64,000 bases of DNA from positions 160,001-224,000 of the forward strand of contig CAXXIA010000002.1 of assembly GCA_963666985.2 (NCBI GenBank), given 5' to 3'. Each line of letters starts with the position of its first letter. The first letter of the stretch is position 1. This DNA comes from Spirochaetia bacterium (GTDB lineage Bacteria; Spirochaetota; Spirochaetia; DSM-2461). Position numbers and translations under genes: made by a program. This document shows, in pieces, positions 1 through 10,578 of the stretch. The notes beneath the pieces are model-generated. The model did no database searches, was not told where the DNA came from, and saw only the letters and a list, made by a program, of their open reading frames with translations.

Positions 1-1
1 G

Positions 2-469
2 CTGGAATGGATGGACGTTATGAACCCCGCCGGCAGCGTTCGGCGAATCGCCATGGACCGGAAAGAATGGGGCTACAAACAGTCGCCGCTTCAAACGGGC
101 GGCCTGATTGTTCTCAGGGCCGCTTTTAGAACGTCCAAAGGAAATCCCGAAACCCTGCGAGCCGCCATGAGGGAAAAACGAAACGACCGTGAGGCCAAAG
201 GGCACTACCGATTCCCCTGCGCCGGAAGCGCCTTTAAAAATAATCGCTCCTTCGGGGAACCGTCGGGAATTCTGATTGACCGCTGCGGGCTAAAAGGATT
301 AAGAATCGGTGGAGCATCGGTTTCCGGCTGGCACGGGAACATCATCGTGAACGACCGCGGCGCCAAGGCGGACGATATCAGACGTCTTCTGGAAGAAACC
401 GCCGCGAACGTTGAACGGGAAACCGGGTTTAGAATGGAGCAAGAAGTGCTTTTTGTGGGCGAATGGTAG
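2..469 (+). CDS. murB: UDP-N-acetylenolpyruvoylglucosamine reductase, C-terminal part (5' end outside window)
   Basis: MurB C-terminal motifs WGYKQS, P-C-AGSAFKN, LIDRCGLKG, HGNIIVN and EQEV; frame is open to the window edge. Confidence 0.93.
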   Translation: MEWMDVMNPAGSVRRIAMDRKEWGYKQSPLQTGGLIVLRAAFRTSKGNPETLRAAMREKRNDREAKGHYRFPCAGSAFKNNRSFGEPSGILIDRCGLKGLRIGGASVSGWHGNIIVNDRGAKADDIRRLLEETAANVERETGFRMEQEVLFVGEW

Positions 470-577
470 CCTTAGGGCCTGTAAAAGGCTGAAAAAGAAC
501 CGGCTCACACTCAAAGGACCTGCAAAAAAAAACGCAAAGCGTCGGAAAATCACAGGCGAAACGATGGGAGAGTCGAT

Positions 578-1918
578 ATGGCGGAAACAATCGAAACCTT
601 GCGGCGCATTCTGGAAGAGGGAGACGAAGCCCTCCGCTCGGAACTCCCCGACTTTTCCGTATCGGAACTGGCCGATTGGTGGTACGAACTCGACGAGGAG
701 GAAAGCCTCAAGGTTTTTTTGGCCTTAAGTCAGGACGTACGGGGAGAACTTATCTCGGAACTCTCCTCAACCGACCAGCGCGACCTTGTTACGGCTCTTT
801 CGGAGCAGGCGACCAAAGATCTTCTGGAGGTGATGGATCCGGACGATCTTGTCGACCTTATCCAGGCGGTTTCGCCCGAAGTGCGCTCCGAGGTTCTCGG
901 GCACCTCAGCGATGAGGCGCGCAAAGAGGCCGAATTTCTTCTCCGTTTCGATGACGATGACGCCGCCGGTCTCATGACAACCAAATACGCGGCCATTCGC
1001 GCCGACATCAATGTCGGACATGCCCTGGCCTTTCTCAGACGCTCTTCGGAAGATTTGGAAACCATTTACTACGTTTATGTCGTCGACGGCCTCCAGCGGC
1101 TGAGCGGAGTTGTCTCTCTGCGGCAGATTCTTATGGCTTCGGACGATAAAAAAATCGCCGAAATCATGGAACGCAACCTCATCAGTGTTCGGGACGATAC
1201 GGACCAGGAGGAAACGGCGAAGGTTCTGGAAAATCATGACCTGATCGCGCTGCCCGTCGTGGACCGCTGGAACCGCCTTTTGGGTATCGTTACCTTCGAC
1301 GATGTTATCGACGTTATCCGTGAAGAGCAGAGCGAAGACGTTTACAGGATGAACGCCATCGGCGGTGAAGCCGAGCAATACCTCGACTCATCCATACCCA
1401 AACTCATCTGGCGCCGTCTGCCCTGGCTCGTCCTTTTACTTCTGGCCGGAACGATTACAACCAATGTTCTGGCCGGATACGAATCGCTGATGGCCCAATT
1501 CGCCTTTTTAGCCCTTTTTATTCCTGTTATCACTCAAACCGGCGGCAACTCCGGCACCCAGTCCTCCACCCTGATGATCCGGGGGTTGGCGACGGGTCAT
1601 CTCCATTTTCATCTCATCGGACGGGCGATTTTGAAGGAACTGCTGACGGGGATGGCCATCGGGATTGCAACCGGAGTCGTGATCTTTTTAAGAAGCGTTC
1701 TTCTTCCGCCGGGAGTCGGGATAACCGAAGCCCTGGCCGTGGCCGTTTCGCTCAGCGCCGTCGTGCTCTTCGCCACGCTTCTGGGCTGTCTGGTTCCGTT
1801 CATCATCGACAGATTCGGCGGAGATCCCGCGGTGGCGGCGGGCCCGCTGATGTCCACGCTCATCGACGTGGCCGGTCTTTCGCTGTATTTCGAAATATCC
1901 CGGCTTCTGCTGGTCTGA
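578..1918 (+). CDS. mgtE: Magnesium transporter MgtE
   Basis: Acidic MgtE_N domain, CBS pair (YYVYVVD, ALPVVD), TM domain with GGNSGTQ and DPAVAAGP motifs. Confidence 0.96.
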   Translation: MAETIETLRRILEEGDEALRSELPDFSVSELADWWYELDEEESLKVFLALSQDVRGELISELSSTDQRDLVTALSEQATKDLLEVMDPDDLVDLIQAVSPEVRSEVLGHLSDEARKEAEFLLRFDDDDAAGLMTTKYAAIRADINVGHALAFLRRSSEDLETIYYVYVVDGLQRLSGVVSLRQILMASDDKKIAEIMERNLISVRDDTDQEETAKVLENHDLIALPVVDRWNRLLGIVTFDDVIDVIREEQSEDVYRMNAIGGEAEQYLDSSIPKLIWRRLPWLVLLLLAGTITTNVLAGYESLMAQFAFLALFIPVITQTGGNSGTQSSTLMIRGLATGHLHFHLIGRAILKELLTGMAIGIATGVVIFLRSVLLPPGVGITEALAVAVSLSAVVLFATLLGCLVPFIIDRFGGDPAVAAGPLMSTLIDVAGLSLYFEISRLLLV

Positions 1919-1925
1919 ATTCCGC

Positions 1926-2721
1926 ATGCACAATCCGTACGCCCCTCTGCCGGAAGATTTCTATCTGCGCGGAACCCTGGATGTGGCCCGTCATCTGCTG
2001 GGACGCCTTCTGATTGTCGGAGAAGCCCGGGGAGAAGATCTCGCCGGGTACGATTCGGCTTCGCCGCCGATGAACCTTTCGAGCGGACCTTCCGGAACCG
2101 GAAGAATCGTGCGGGATTACGGTTCGCCCGCCGCCGGCGGACCGAAGGATGCCGAAAATCCCGCGCCGTCCCGCGTTCTCGCCCGCATCATTGAAACCGA
2201 AGCCTATCTTTGGGACGATCCGGCTTCCCATTCCTTCCGGGGCCTCACCCGAAGAAACGCTTCGATGTTTCTGGAAGGAGGTTCCGCTTACGTTTACCGG
2301 ATTTACGGGATCCACCGCTGTCTGAACGCCGTGACTTCTCCGGCCGGAATCGGAGAGGCGGTTCTCATCCGGGCCGTTGAGCCGCTGGAAGGAATCGCAT
2401 CGATGTGGCGGCGCCGATACGGAGAAGAAATGCCCGAAGAAACCGCCGACGTCTTGCGGACATCGGAAAAGAACACTCCTCCAAGCCGCATCCGAAACTT
2501 ATGCAGCGGTCCGGGGAAGCTCTGCCGAGCCCTCGGCATAGAAGTAACAGAAACACGACGGCACCGATCTTCGAAGCGGCCCCATACGCATCCTTCGGGG
2601 TTTTCCGGTGGAAGATGGAGCGGTCGGTCGCAGCGTTCGGATCGGACTCTCCGAAGGGAAAGGCGATAAGCGGCCGTGGCGCTACTTTATCGCGGGAAAT
2701 CCTTATCTCAGCCGCCGCTGA
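1926..2721 (+). CDS. mpg: DNA-3-methyladenine glycosylase (Mpg/AAG family); one +1 frameshift near 2551
   Basis: Motifs IIETEAY, AYVYRIYGIHRCLN, AVLIRAVEP and SGPGKLC. Removing one A at ~2551 gives HDGTDL...RIGLSEGKGDKRPWRYFIAGNPYLSRR* (stop 2719-2721), the canonical Mpg C-terminus. Confidence 0.9.
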
Positions 2722-2778
2722 GCGCCTCAGCCCGCAAGCGATACGGATAATCCCGTCTTCGGATTTCTTCTCTGCCGA

Positions 2779-3318
2779 TCAGCGCACGAATTCCTTGCTG
2801 ACCGTCCGAAAATGAGGATGGGAAGCTCCTTTCAGCCACTCGAAAGCAATCATTTCCCGGCTGACGATCCGCACGCCCTCATCTCTCATCCTCGCCAGAG
2901 CCAGCTCTTTATCCCGCGGACGGCGTGAACCGACGGCTTCATCCGCTATAAAGACGTCTTTCCCTTGAGAGCGAAAATCAAGGGCGGTCTGCAAAACACA
3001 GACGTGGGCTTCAATTCCGCAAAGAATCACTTGCGTTCTGTCGTTTCCCGGCAGCCCGGCAAGACATCCGTCCGCACAGGAAAAGGCGGTTTTCTCCCCC
3101 ACCGCTCCCGCTGCGAATTCATTTCGAAGCTCGGGAACGGTCGCTCCCAAACCTTTGGGATACTGTTCGCTGGCCATAACCGGAATTTCGAGAAGATTCG
3201 CCAGTCTCGTCAGCCAAAGCGCATTTTCAAGAATCCGTTCTTTCTCATGAATAACCGGAAGGAGTTTTTCCTGGATATCGATTACAAGGAGAACCGACTG
3301 TGCCGCATCAATTTTCAT
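2779..3318 (-). CDS. Isochorismatase-family hydrolase (YcaC/ISOC-like)
   Basis: LLVIDIQEKL, SEQYPKGLG, KTAFSC, GIEAHVCV (D-K-C triad). Confidence 0.9.
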   Translation of the reverse strand: MKIDAAQSVLLVIDIQEKLLPVIHEKERILENALWLTRLANLLEIPVMASEQYPKGLGATVPELRNEFAAGAVGEKTAFSCADGCLAGLPGNDRTQVILCGIEAHVCVLQTALDFRSQGKDVFIADEAVGSRRPRDKELALARMRDEGVRIVSREMIAFEWLKGASHPHFRTVSKEFVR

Positions 3319-3490
3319 GGCAACAGTATCACCCGAACCGGATTCTCAAGCAATGGAGGGATTCCTCAAAAAAAAGCGTCATTTTCCCCATGCGGGCGGA
3401 GAATTGCCCAACACCTTATTGAAGTCTTCGAAGCGTTTGGCCGATACCGAAGATAAGGGGCAAACTATGTCCCGGCCCTTTGAGGAAGAT

Positions 3491-6340
3491 ATGAGCCGAA
3501 ACGACACGATAGACGAGAACGCCCTCTGGGCTTTATTGATTGATCTCCAAAAGGCAGCCGAGACGACGTTCTCACGCGCGGTTAAAGCACGAAAGAATAC
3601 ATCATTCGGTCCTTTGAGCGCCTCCTTAAGACGCATGCACTGGGCGGCGGCCTTCCTTGCGCTTACCGATCTCGCCGACATCTGCGCGGCGGGAGCCGCT
3701 TTCGTCTATCAGCTCCAGGACGGACGAAGCCCATGGTCGAACGAACTGACGGCCGCTGTAAAAACACTTCTCAAACGCACACGGGCCTTTATCGAGGCCA
3801 GAGCCTCGGAACCCGCCGCGGGAGTTTTCATCGACAGCCATGACGCGGTTCTTCAGGGGCCGCAGCTCCTCAGACCCGTTCCCACGGACGACCTGAAATC
3901 CCTCTTCCGACGGCGCCAGATCGATATCAATCGCGTATCGGCGACTCACCATCTTACCGTGAGTCAGGATGAAGCGTTCAGTCACGCCATTACCGTTCCG
4001 TCTTTCGCCAAGCAGCGTCATAAGCCCAACAAACACCTCACCCTGGTTTACCTTGATTTGGAAGAACAGGAAGAAAGTCTTACGGAATTGGTGGAAATCT
4101 TCGAAGCGGCGTTTGAATCTTCACAGATTCTCCTCCACGGTCCTTTGGGGATTCCATGGAGCAAGTACAGAAATTACACGGAGAACCGTCCTTATTACAT
4201 TCTGCTCGATACCGTTGATGAAGCACAGGAATGGCTCCGCTCCGCCGGATTAAAAGGGCGCGTCGTCAAAGTTCTGAAAACCCCGGAAAAGGAATCCTCA
4301 TCGGACGAGCCGAAAGTCATCATCCGCGAGATACCGGTTCAGCATGCCGCTCCCGCACCCGTTCGAACCTCCACGGGATTTTCCGCGGAAATTATAGAAC
4401 CCGGAGAACCGGGCAGCCTTGAACCCTTAAGCGGCCGCGCCGGAAGACGCCCACCGCGTAAAAAAAAGAAAATCAAGAACCGGGACTTAAACATTCGCTT
4501 CCCCGTCGGAGCGAAGCTCATCCTCATCGTTTCCATCATCATCATTGTCGCCATGACAACCCTCACCTACTTAGCCCTCTTTTTCTTCCAGAAGGAAACG
4601 GAGAACAGAGTCCGGGACACGAACCTTTCCCTCTCCCGAATCGTGGCGCAGCAGGCCGAGAAGGAAATCGTTCAACTGTTCGATTCGGCGAATCTGCTGT
4701 TCCAAATCGGCGGCGCCGCCGGAGGCTCTGTTTCGCTGGTCGGCGACTTCTTCGACAACTCGCAATCACTGATTTATGTCGGGATTCCAAACAGTGATAT
4801 GAATTTTTCAAATCGCGACTGGTTCCGCGCCAATCGGATTTTCAACGAATCCGCCGTACTTCAGGACATTTTCACGGAACGATCGGAAGACTTCGAAAAG
4901 GCCAAGGCCGGTGAAACGGTCGTAATCAACGTTTCACCGCTTATTTCAAACCTCGAAACCCCGGTTATCGCCTTGGCGGCTCCTTTCCTTTTGGGCGGCA
5001 CGCAGGAGGCTCTTATCGTTCTGGCGGATGTCGGCGACACACTTGCCGAAAGCGTTCGTATTCAGGAAGGCTTTACAACCACCGTTATCATCAATTCCGA
5101 AGGTGAGATTCTGGCTCATCCCGACTACACCCGAATCTTCGGCGGCGAAACACTCCGCGACTCGGCGGTATTCCAGGAAATGTACGGAAAAGGACTGCCC
5201 GAAGGTCAGCTGGTTTTCCGAGAAAATACAGCGGAAGGAAGCAAGGATGTCATCGGGTCGTTTTCCCTGATTTCGGTCGGCAATCTCGGAGTCGTCACAA
5301 CGGTTCTGAAAGAGGATGCCTTCAGCGTTGTCGACTATATTCAAAAGCTCAATCTCTACATGCTCGGAGCCATTCTGTCCCTGGCTATTCTCGCGGTTTA
5401 CTTTTTCTCGTTCAGAATCTCCAATCCGCTGAAAGAACTGACATTGGCCACGCGCATGATTAAAGCCGGGAACTGGAATATTGCCGTGAAGCCCCGTTCT
5501 TCGGACGAAGTGGGTCAGCTGACGAGGAACTTCATGAGCATGATTCCTTCACTGGAGGCAAGAGACCGCCTGAAGCAAAAAACGGAAACCTTCATCAACC
5601 GTCAGGTGGCGGCCATGATCGACGAAGATCGGCTGCCGGACCATGCCGAAACGAAAAACGTTACGGTGTTCTTCTCGGATGTTCGAGGTTTCACGGCAAT
5701 GAGCGAGGCCATGGGCGATCCCCAAATAGTCCTCGACAATCTTTCGGAATACTTCAAAGCCATGGTGCCCTGCGTCGAAGAAACCGGCGGAACCGTGGAT
5801 AAATTCATCGGCGATGCCGTCATGGCCGTATGGGGGAGCATGCAGGATCTGCCCAATAATGCCGAATCCGCCGTGAACGGCGCTTTAAAGATGCGCAGCG
5901 CCCTGAAAGAATTCAATTTTTCCCGGGGAACACCCAATCGGCCGATTTTTCATATCGGCTGCGGACTGAACAGCGGCCCGGCCACCGTCGGTCTCATGGG
6001 CGATCAGACGACAAAAATGGAATGGGCACATATGGGAGATACGGTGAATTTGGCCAGCCGCATCGAAGCGCTGAATAAGCCCATGGGAACGGACATTCTT
6101 ATTTCCCAAGGCACGGCCGATCTGGTGGAAGGCATTTACGATTTGGTTCCCATGAATAAAATCAAAGTGAAAGGAAAGGGCCGGCCGCAGCAAATTTATG
6201 CCGTCCTCGGCCGCATGGACGACGATTTCCGACCGCGCAGCCTGGCCGAAATGAGGGCCATGGTCGGCATTACCGGCGATTTCGGCAATGTGTCGATTAC
6301 GGAAGAACATGAAGTCAAGTACGAAATCCTCGATTCGTAA
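3491..6340 (+). CDS. Membrane class III adenylate/guanylate cyclase: degenerate Hpt/CheA-like N-terminal module, TM, Cache-like periplasmic domain, TM, HAMP, cyclase domain
   Basis: VFFSDVRGFT, VDKFIGDAVM, GDTVNLASRIE, HAMP (ISNPLKEL...DEVGQL), two TM helices. ATG 3491 follows a GAGGA RBS; the longest ORF starts at 3317. Confidence 0.9.
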   Translation: MSRNDTIDENALWALLIDLQKAAETTFSRAVKARKNTSFGPLSASLRRMHWAAAFLALTDLADICAAGAAFVYQLQDGRSPWSNELTAAVKTLLKRTRAFIEARASEPAAGVFIDSHDAVLQGPQLLRPVPTDDLKSLFRRRQIDINRVSATHHLTVSQDEAFSHAITVPSFAKQRHKPNKHLTLVYLDLEEQEESLTELVEIFEAAFESSQILLHGPLGIPWSKYRNYTENRPYYILLDTVDEAQEWLRSAGLKGRVVKVLKTPEKESSSDEPKVIIREIPVQHAAPAPVRTSTGFSAEIIEPGEPGSLEPLSGRAGRRPPRKKKKIKNRDLNIRFPVGAKLILIVSIIIIVAMTTLTYLALFFFQKETENRVRDTNLSLSRIVAQQAEKEIVQLFDSANLLFQIGGAAGGSVSLVGDFFDNSQSLIYVGIPNSDMNFSNRDWFRANRIFNESAVLQDIFTERSEDFEKAKAGETVVINVSPLISNLETPVIALAAPFLLGGTQEALIVLADVGDTLAESVRIQEGFTTTVIINSEGEILAHPDYTRIFGGETLRDSAVFQEMYGKGLPEGQLVFRENTAEGSKDVIGSFSLISVGNLGVVTTVLKEDAFSVVDYIQKLNLYMLGAILSLAILAVYFFSFRISNPLKELTLATRMIKAGNWNIAVKPRSSDEVGQLTRNFMSMIPSLEARDRLKQKTETFINRQVAAMIDEDRLPDHAETKNVTVFFSDVRGFTAMSEAMGDPQIVLDNLSEYFKAMVPCVEETGGTVDKFIGDAVMAVWGSMQDLPNNAESAVNGALKMRSALKEFNFSRGTPNRPIFHIGCGLNSGPATVGLMGDQTTKMEWAHMGDTVNLASRIEALNKPMGTDILISQGTADLVEGIYDLVPMNKIKVKGKGRPQQIYAVLGRMDDDFRPRSLAEMRAMVGITGDFGNVSITEEHEVKYEILDS

Positions 6341-9071
6341 TATCCTCGTCTCCCTCGTTCTCGTTGGGATATCAGCCTTCTTCGCGCGTCAATTCTACCT
6401 TGAACTTACCCAATCGGTGGAAAACGTCGACGGCGTGGTTGTCGGGGAAGTCCTGGAGATTCGCGGGCAGGTTCAGCGGCGCTACGAAGACCAATCACGC
6501 TGGGGCAGCCTGAAGGGCAATGAAACACTCTACAACCTCGATGCCATCAGAACATATTCGAGTTCCGGAGCGGAAATCATTCTGCTCACCTACGACGACG
6601 AAGGAGTCTCGAAGAAAGACACCATCATTCTGGGGCAGGATACGTATATCATTCTCGACCTCTTGGGTGAAGCTCGAAACATCAACTTTGTCGGCGGCGA
6701 CATTTCGGCTTCGGGCTCCGGAGGATTAACCGTCAGCGCCGAGGGCACCGTTGTCTCCGTCGATGACGGTTCGGTCAACCTTTCACGGGAAGAGGGACGG
6801 CAAACCAGCGTTACGGTCACCGACGGGAAAGCCAGGGTTATCACGGGCGAAGGCGAAACCGTCGTGGGAACAGAGTCCAAGTTCCTCATAGACGAGGGCA
6901 CGGGATCGACAAAACGGGAACAGGTCGCCGTCGTTCCGACTCTTCCGAAATCCAACGCCCTGCTTCTTACCTACGAAACCGAACGGCGCGTGAATTTCGC
7001 ATGGGATTTGCTTGCCGAATGGGAAAAGCCCGTCCTGGAAGTCTCTTCCAATCCGGCATTCTCGGAAGAAAGCGCACCCGTGGAAAAGCAGCCGGCGAAT
7101 GAAAACGCCGTACTGACATTAACGCCCGGAGTCTGGTACTGGCGCCTCGGCGACGAATCGACCGGAGAAAAAGGTCCCATGAACATTTTCACCGTCGATA
7201 TGGAACGTCCCGCGGATCCCGTCTCTCCGGCCAATGAACTGACCATTCCGTTCCGCGGAGAGGCTCCCGCCGTCAATCTTCAATGGAACCGTGCGTGGTT
7301 CGCCGATTCCTACACCGTCGAGGTGTCGCGAAACGCCGCGTTCACCGAGATTCAGAGAACCCGTGAGGTCACAGGATCGTCGCTTCTGCTCGAAGAACTC
7401 ACGGCCGGCAGCTGGTGGTGGCGCGTCAAACCGAACTACAGGCGGGGTTTGCTGGATACACCGCGCACACCCGCGATTCGACAATTCGTTCTGGAACATC
7501 GTGTCGGACACGATCCTGTTACGCTGATCAGTCCCGCGAACGGCAGCGAACTCTCGGGACTCGATGTCCGGGACGGCATCCCTTTCCGCTGGAAAAATCA
7601 GGAAGGTCTTGTTTCCTACCGGGTTTTAGTCGCGCAGGATTCGAATTTCAGCGTTCCGACGGCCGACTCCGACGGACCCGAGAATTGGAGAGTCCTGCTC
7701 ACGGCGCCCAAGCCGGCGACATACTGGTGGAAGGTGGAGGCCACCTCGGCCGACGGTCTTCCGGTTCCGCAAAGTGAGATTCGAAGCTTTACCGTCAAAC
7801 CGGTCACCGGTTCGGTGGAACTCGTGGATCCGGCACCGGGTGCGACAAAGGAACTCGAACCGTATTCTCCCTACACCTTCGTTTGGCGCAGCGGCATACC
7901 GGGAACGGCCCGTTTTCAGCTGACCCGCTTCGAGTCCGATAATGCGAGAACGAAAATCATAGAAAGTCTTATCAACGGCGAAACCTTTACGGCACCCATT
8001 CCTGGTGAAGGAACCTATGCCTGGAGAATACAGATTCTCGACGAGGGCGGACGAATGATCGTTGAAAGTCAGGAAGCGCGCTTCCGGCTGAGAAGCGGAT
8101 TTTCCGCGCCGGTGCTCAGGAATCCCCGGCCTGGCGACAGCATATCCCTCATAGGATCCGATTCTCTGATTCTTCAATGGGATCCGGAGCCGGCGGCCGA
8201 TGCCTACAGTGTTGTCCTTAAGGCTCCGAACGGTTCGGTGGTGGACAGGGACGACCGGGTTCTCGGATTGGAGCGGGAATTCACGGTAGCGCCATCCTCG
8301 GGACCGGGAAGCTATTCGGTGGAACTCACATCGATTCGCGACAATCCGCCCGCGGGCGCCGCCCGGATGAGTGAATCGAGAACCTACCGGTTCGATATTT
8401 CCAATTTGGTCGGCTACAGCGCCGCCGTTCCCGTTTCCCCCGCCGGCGACGCCTTCATCGACGGATTATCGGCGCTTAAAAACGGCATTCTTTTACGCTG
8501 GACTCAAAATCCCTCCCTGGGCCGCTGGACCGTCGAGGTTGATAACGGTACGGTAACACGCCTCTATCAAACCACCGAACCTTCGCTGAAGCTCGAAGGT
8601 TTGGATTCGGGCCGCTACAGCTGGAAAATCCGCTCACGGGACGGATTCGGCCGGGAAGCGCCGGACAGCGGAATCTCGGTATTCACCGTCGGCGCCATTC
8701 CGAATCCGGAAGCACCCGTTCTCACATCGCCCGGATACGGAGAAACGGTTGATATGACGGGGGCCAAAAATCTGGTTTTTTCATGGAATCCGGTCCCGAA
8801 TGCTGAATTCTACGATTTGGCGCTCTATGCTGTCGGTTCGGAGACGCCTCTGTTCAGGAAAAACGACCTGACCGAAACAACCTTTATTCTGGAAAACCTG
8901 CGGATCCTGGACGTGGGCGATTTTAAAGTGGCCTTAAGGGCCAGAATCGAATATGAAGATGTGGGGATGTCAAAGGCAAGTTCCGTTTCGGAAACACCGT
9001 TCTCATTATCGGTGAACATCGGAAACAAAGCCCCCACCATCCTCACCGACGAATTGCAGTATGCCGATTAA
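6309..9071 (+). CDS. FecR-domain protein with N-terminal TM anchor and about 6 FN3/Ig-like periplasmic repeats
   Basis: TM helix then FecR-like segment (GQVQRRY..W..L...ETLYNLDAIRT; VTVTDGKARV); repeated P.L.SP...F.W...Y.V.V...L.PG.YWWRV units; overlaps the cyclase stop. Confidence 0.8.
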   Translation: MKSSTKSSIRNILVSLVLVGISAFFARQFYLELTQSVENVDGVVVGEVLEIRGQVQRRYEDQSRWGSLKGNETLYNLDAIRTYSSSGAEIILLTYDDEGVSKKDTIILGQDTYIILDLLGEARNINFVGGDISASGSGGLTVSAEGTVVSVDDGSVNLSREEGRQTSVTVTDGKARVITGEGETVVGTESKFLIDEGTGSTKREQVAVVPTLPKSNALLLTYETERRVNFAWDLLAEWEKPVLEVSSNPAFSEESAPVEKQPANENAVLTLTPGVWYWRLGDESTGEKGPMNIFTVDMERPADPVSPANELTIPFRGEAPAVNLQWNRAWFADSYTVEVSRNAAFTEIQRTREVTGSSLLLEELTAGSWWWRVKPNYRRGLLDTPRTPAIRQFVLEHRVGHDPVTLISPANGSELSGLDVRDGIPFRWKNQEGLVSYRVLVAQDSNFSVPTADSDGPENWRVLLTAPKPATYWWKVEATSADGLPVPQSEIRSFTVKPVTGSVELVDPAPGATKELEPYSPYTFVWRSGIPGTARFQLTRFESDNARTKIIESLINGETFTAPIPGEGTYAWRIQILDEGGRMIVESQEARFRLRSGFSAPVLRNPRPGDSISLIGSDSLILQWDPEPAADAYSVVLKAPNGSVVDRDDRVLGLEREFTVAPSSGPGSYSVELTSIRDNPPAGAARMSESRTYRFDISNLVGYSAAVPVSPAGDAFIDGLSALKNGILLRWTQNPSLGRWTVEVDNGTVTRLYQTTEPSLKLEGLDSGRYSWKIRSRDGFGREAPDSGISVFTVGAIPNPEAPVLTSPGYGETVDMTGAKNLVFSWNPVPNAEFYDLALYAVGSETPLFRKNDLTETTFILENLRILDVGDFKVALRARIEYEDVGMSKASSVSETPFSLSVNIGNKAPTILTDELQYAD

Positions 9072-10578
9072 AAGCCGGACGACGATTATATCCAGAATTC
9101 TCTTTTTCCTTATCGCCGCGGCAATAAACATCGTAACCGCGGGCGCTCAAGACCGTATCGAATGGGAACCCGTTGAGGGAGCCGACCATTACCGCGTGGA
9201 AATCCGAAGAGACGGGAACTTAGTCCTGGAAACACGCTGTGAAGAACCCCGGCTGCCGCTCTTTCTTCCGGCGGGAGAATATGATTTCCGCATCAATGTC
9301 ATCAATGCTTTCGACAAAGTCGCTTCCGAAGGCGAATGGAGTAAAATCAGAATAACGGCGGTTGACTTTCCGTTTATCATCGACTTACTTCCCGCGGAAA
9401 TCCACGAGGGTGAAAAACCCGATTTCAGAGTTCATGTTTCGGGATATACGGACGGTGAGAATGGAAGCTCCTTCCATTTTGAAGGCATCGACGGAAATAT
9501 TATCCCTCTCTCGATAAAAGAAATCAAAGAAGCTCCATCGTCCGCCGGCACCGACGCCGTATGGACGGAAGTCGTTCTTTCTTCGGGAAAAAAGAGCTTC
9601 GAGGAAGGAGCCTGGAACCTCGTTATGACGAATCCGGATGATCGGGAAAACCGTATGACTCCCGCTCTGAGGGTTTTGGAAAAACACCGGCCGAGAATTC
9701 GCGATGTTTCCCCCGATCAATTTCCGGCGGGAATGGAACATAACCCCGCTATCGTAACAATAAGCGGCATGGAAGAAGGTTCCATCGTGGAATTCAGCGG
9801 ACCTTCGGACATCAAAGCGCAGCTTTTAAGCAAGGACGACAAGGGAAACCTTGAATACAGCTTCAATCTGCTGAACGCGGAACCCGGATGGTATTCGGTG
9901 GCCGTCGCCAACCCCTCGGGAGGCACCGATTCCAAAGAAAGAGTCTTCCAAGTGTACCCCCGGCCCCCTACAGAAGAAGAACTCGAAGCCGAAGCGGCTT
10001 TTAAAATTGATGAAAAAGAACCCCGGGAGCTTTCCGATTATCCCCATGCGCTGACTTTCGGCTGGAACATGAATTTTACCGTCGGAGAGGCTGCCGACTA
10101 CTTCTCGAACGACTTCATCGGTCTTTCGGTCGGGATTTCCCAAGATTTCCATAATGATTTGATTCGCCGCGTCCCATGGCTGAACGGTTTGGGGTGGGAA
10201 AGCAAAGTTGTCTACTCGCGCCATCGAACCGAATATCCGCTGTATACCCTCTTTTGCCAGCGAATAACAGTTGAGGCAGGTATCCAATACATAACTCCCT
10301 TTGATTTTCCGCTGAAGATCCTATTCCGCGGAAGCGCGGGTGTGGCATGTTCGATATACACCTCTCCGGAATACAACCGGAACGAAGAACCTTTCGGAAC
10401 CTATAAAATCAGAGACCTTGATTCCTTTGACTTCACTCTTCGATTCGGTATGGGCGGCCGATTTGATATAACGTCCCGATGGTTTATCGATTTAGCGCTT
10501 GATCTAACGGGTACTTTCTATCTCAGCCATACATCCTGGACGCTGCAGCCGAATCTGAACGGGGGCTGGCGATGGTAA
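9061..10578 (+). CDS. Exported protein: FN3-like domain, two IPT/TIG-like domains, C-terminal putative outer-membrane beta-barrel
   Basis: Signal peptide; IEWEPVEGADHYRVEI; GxWNLVMTNPD and GWYSVAVANPSG; amphipathic C-terminal strands ending GGWRW. Confidence 0.7.
   Translation: MPIKSRTTIISRILFFLIAAAINIVTAGAQDRIEWEPVEGADHYRVEIRRDGNLVLETRCEEPRLPLFLPAGEYDFRINVINAFDKVASEGEWSKIRITAVDFPFIIDLLPAEIHEGEKPDFRVHVSGYTDGENGSSFHFEGIDGNIIPLSIKEIKEAPSSAGTDAVWTEVVLSSGKKSFEEGAWNLVMTNPDDRENRMTPALRVLEKHRPRIRDVSPDQFPAGMEHNPAIVTISGMEEGSIVEFSGPSDIKAQLLSKDDKGNLEYSFNLLNAEPGWYSVAVANPSGGTDSKERVFQVYPRPPTEEELEAEAAFKIDEKEPRELSDYPHALTFGWNMNFTVGEAADYFSNDFIGLSVGISQDFHNDLIRRVPWLNGLGWESKVVYSRHRTEYPLYTLFCQRITVEAGIQYITPFDFPLKILFRGSAGVACSIYTSPEYNRNEEPFGTYKIRDLDSFDFTLRFGMGGRFDITSRWFIDLALDLTGTFYLSHTSWTLQPNLNGGWRW

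Noticed and set aside
470..577. Mg2+ (M-box) or other riboswitch upstream of mgtE
   Set aside because: The spacer is only ~108 bp, A-rich, and shows no recognisable aptamer consensus
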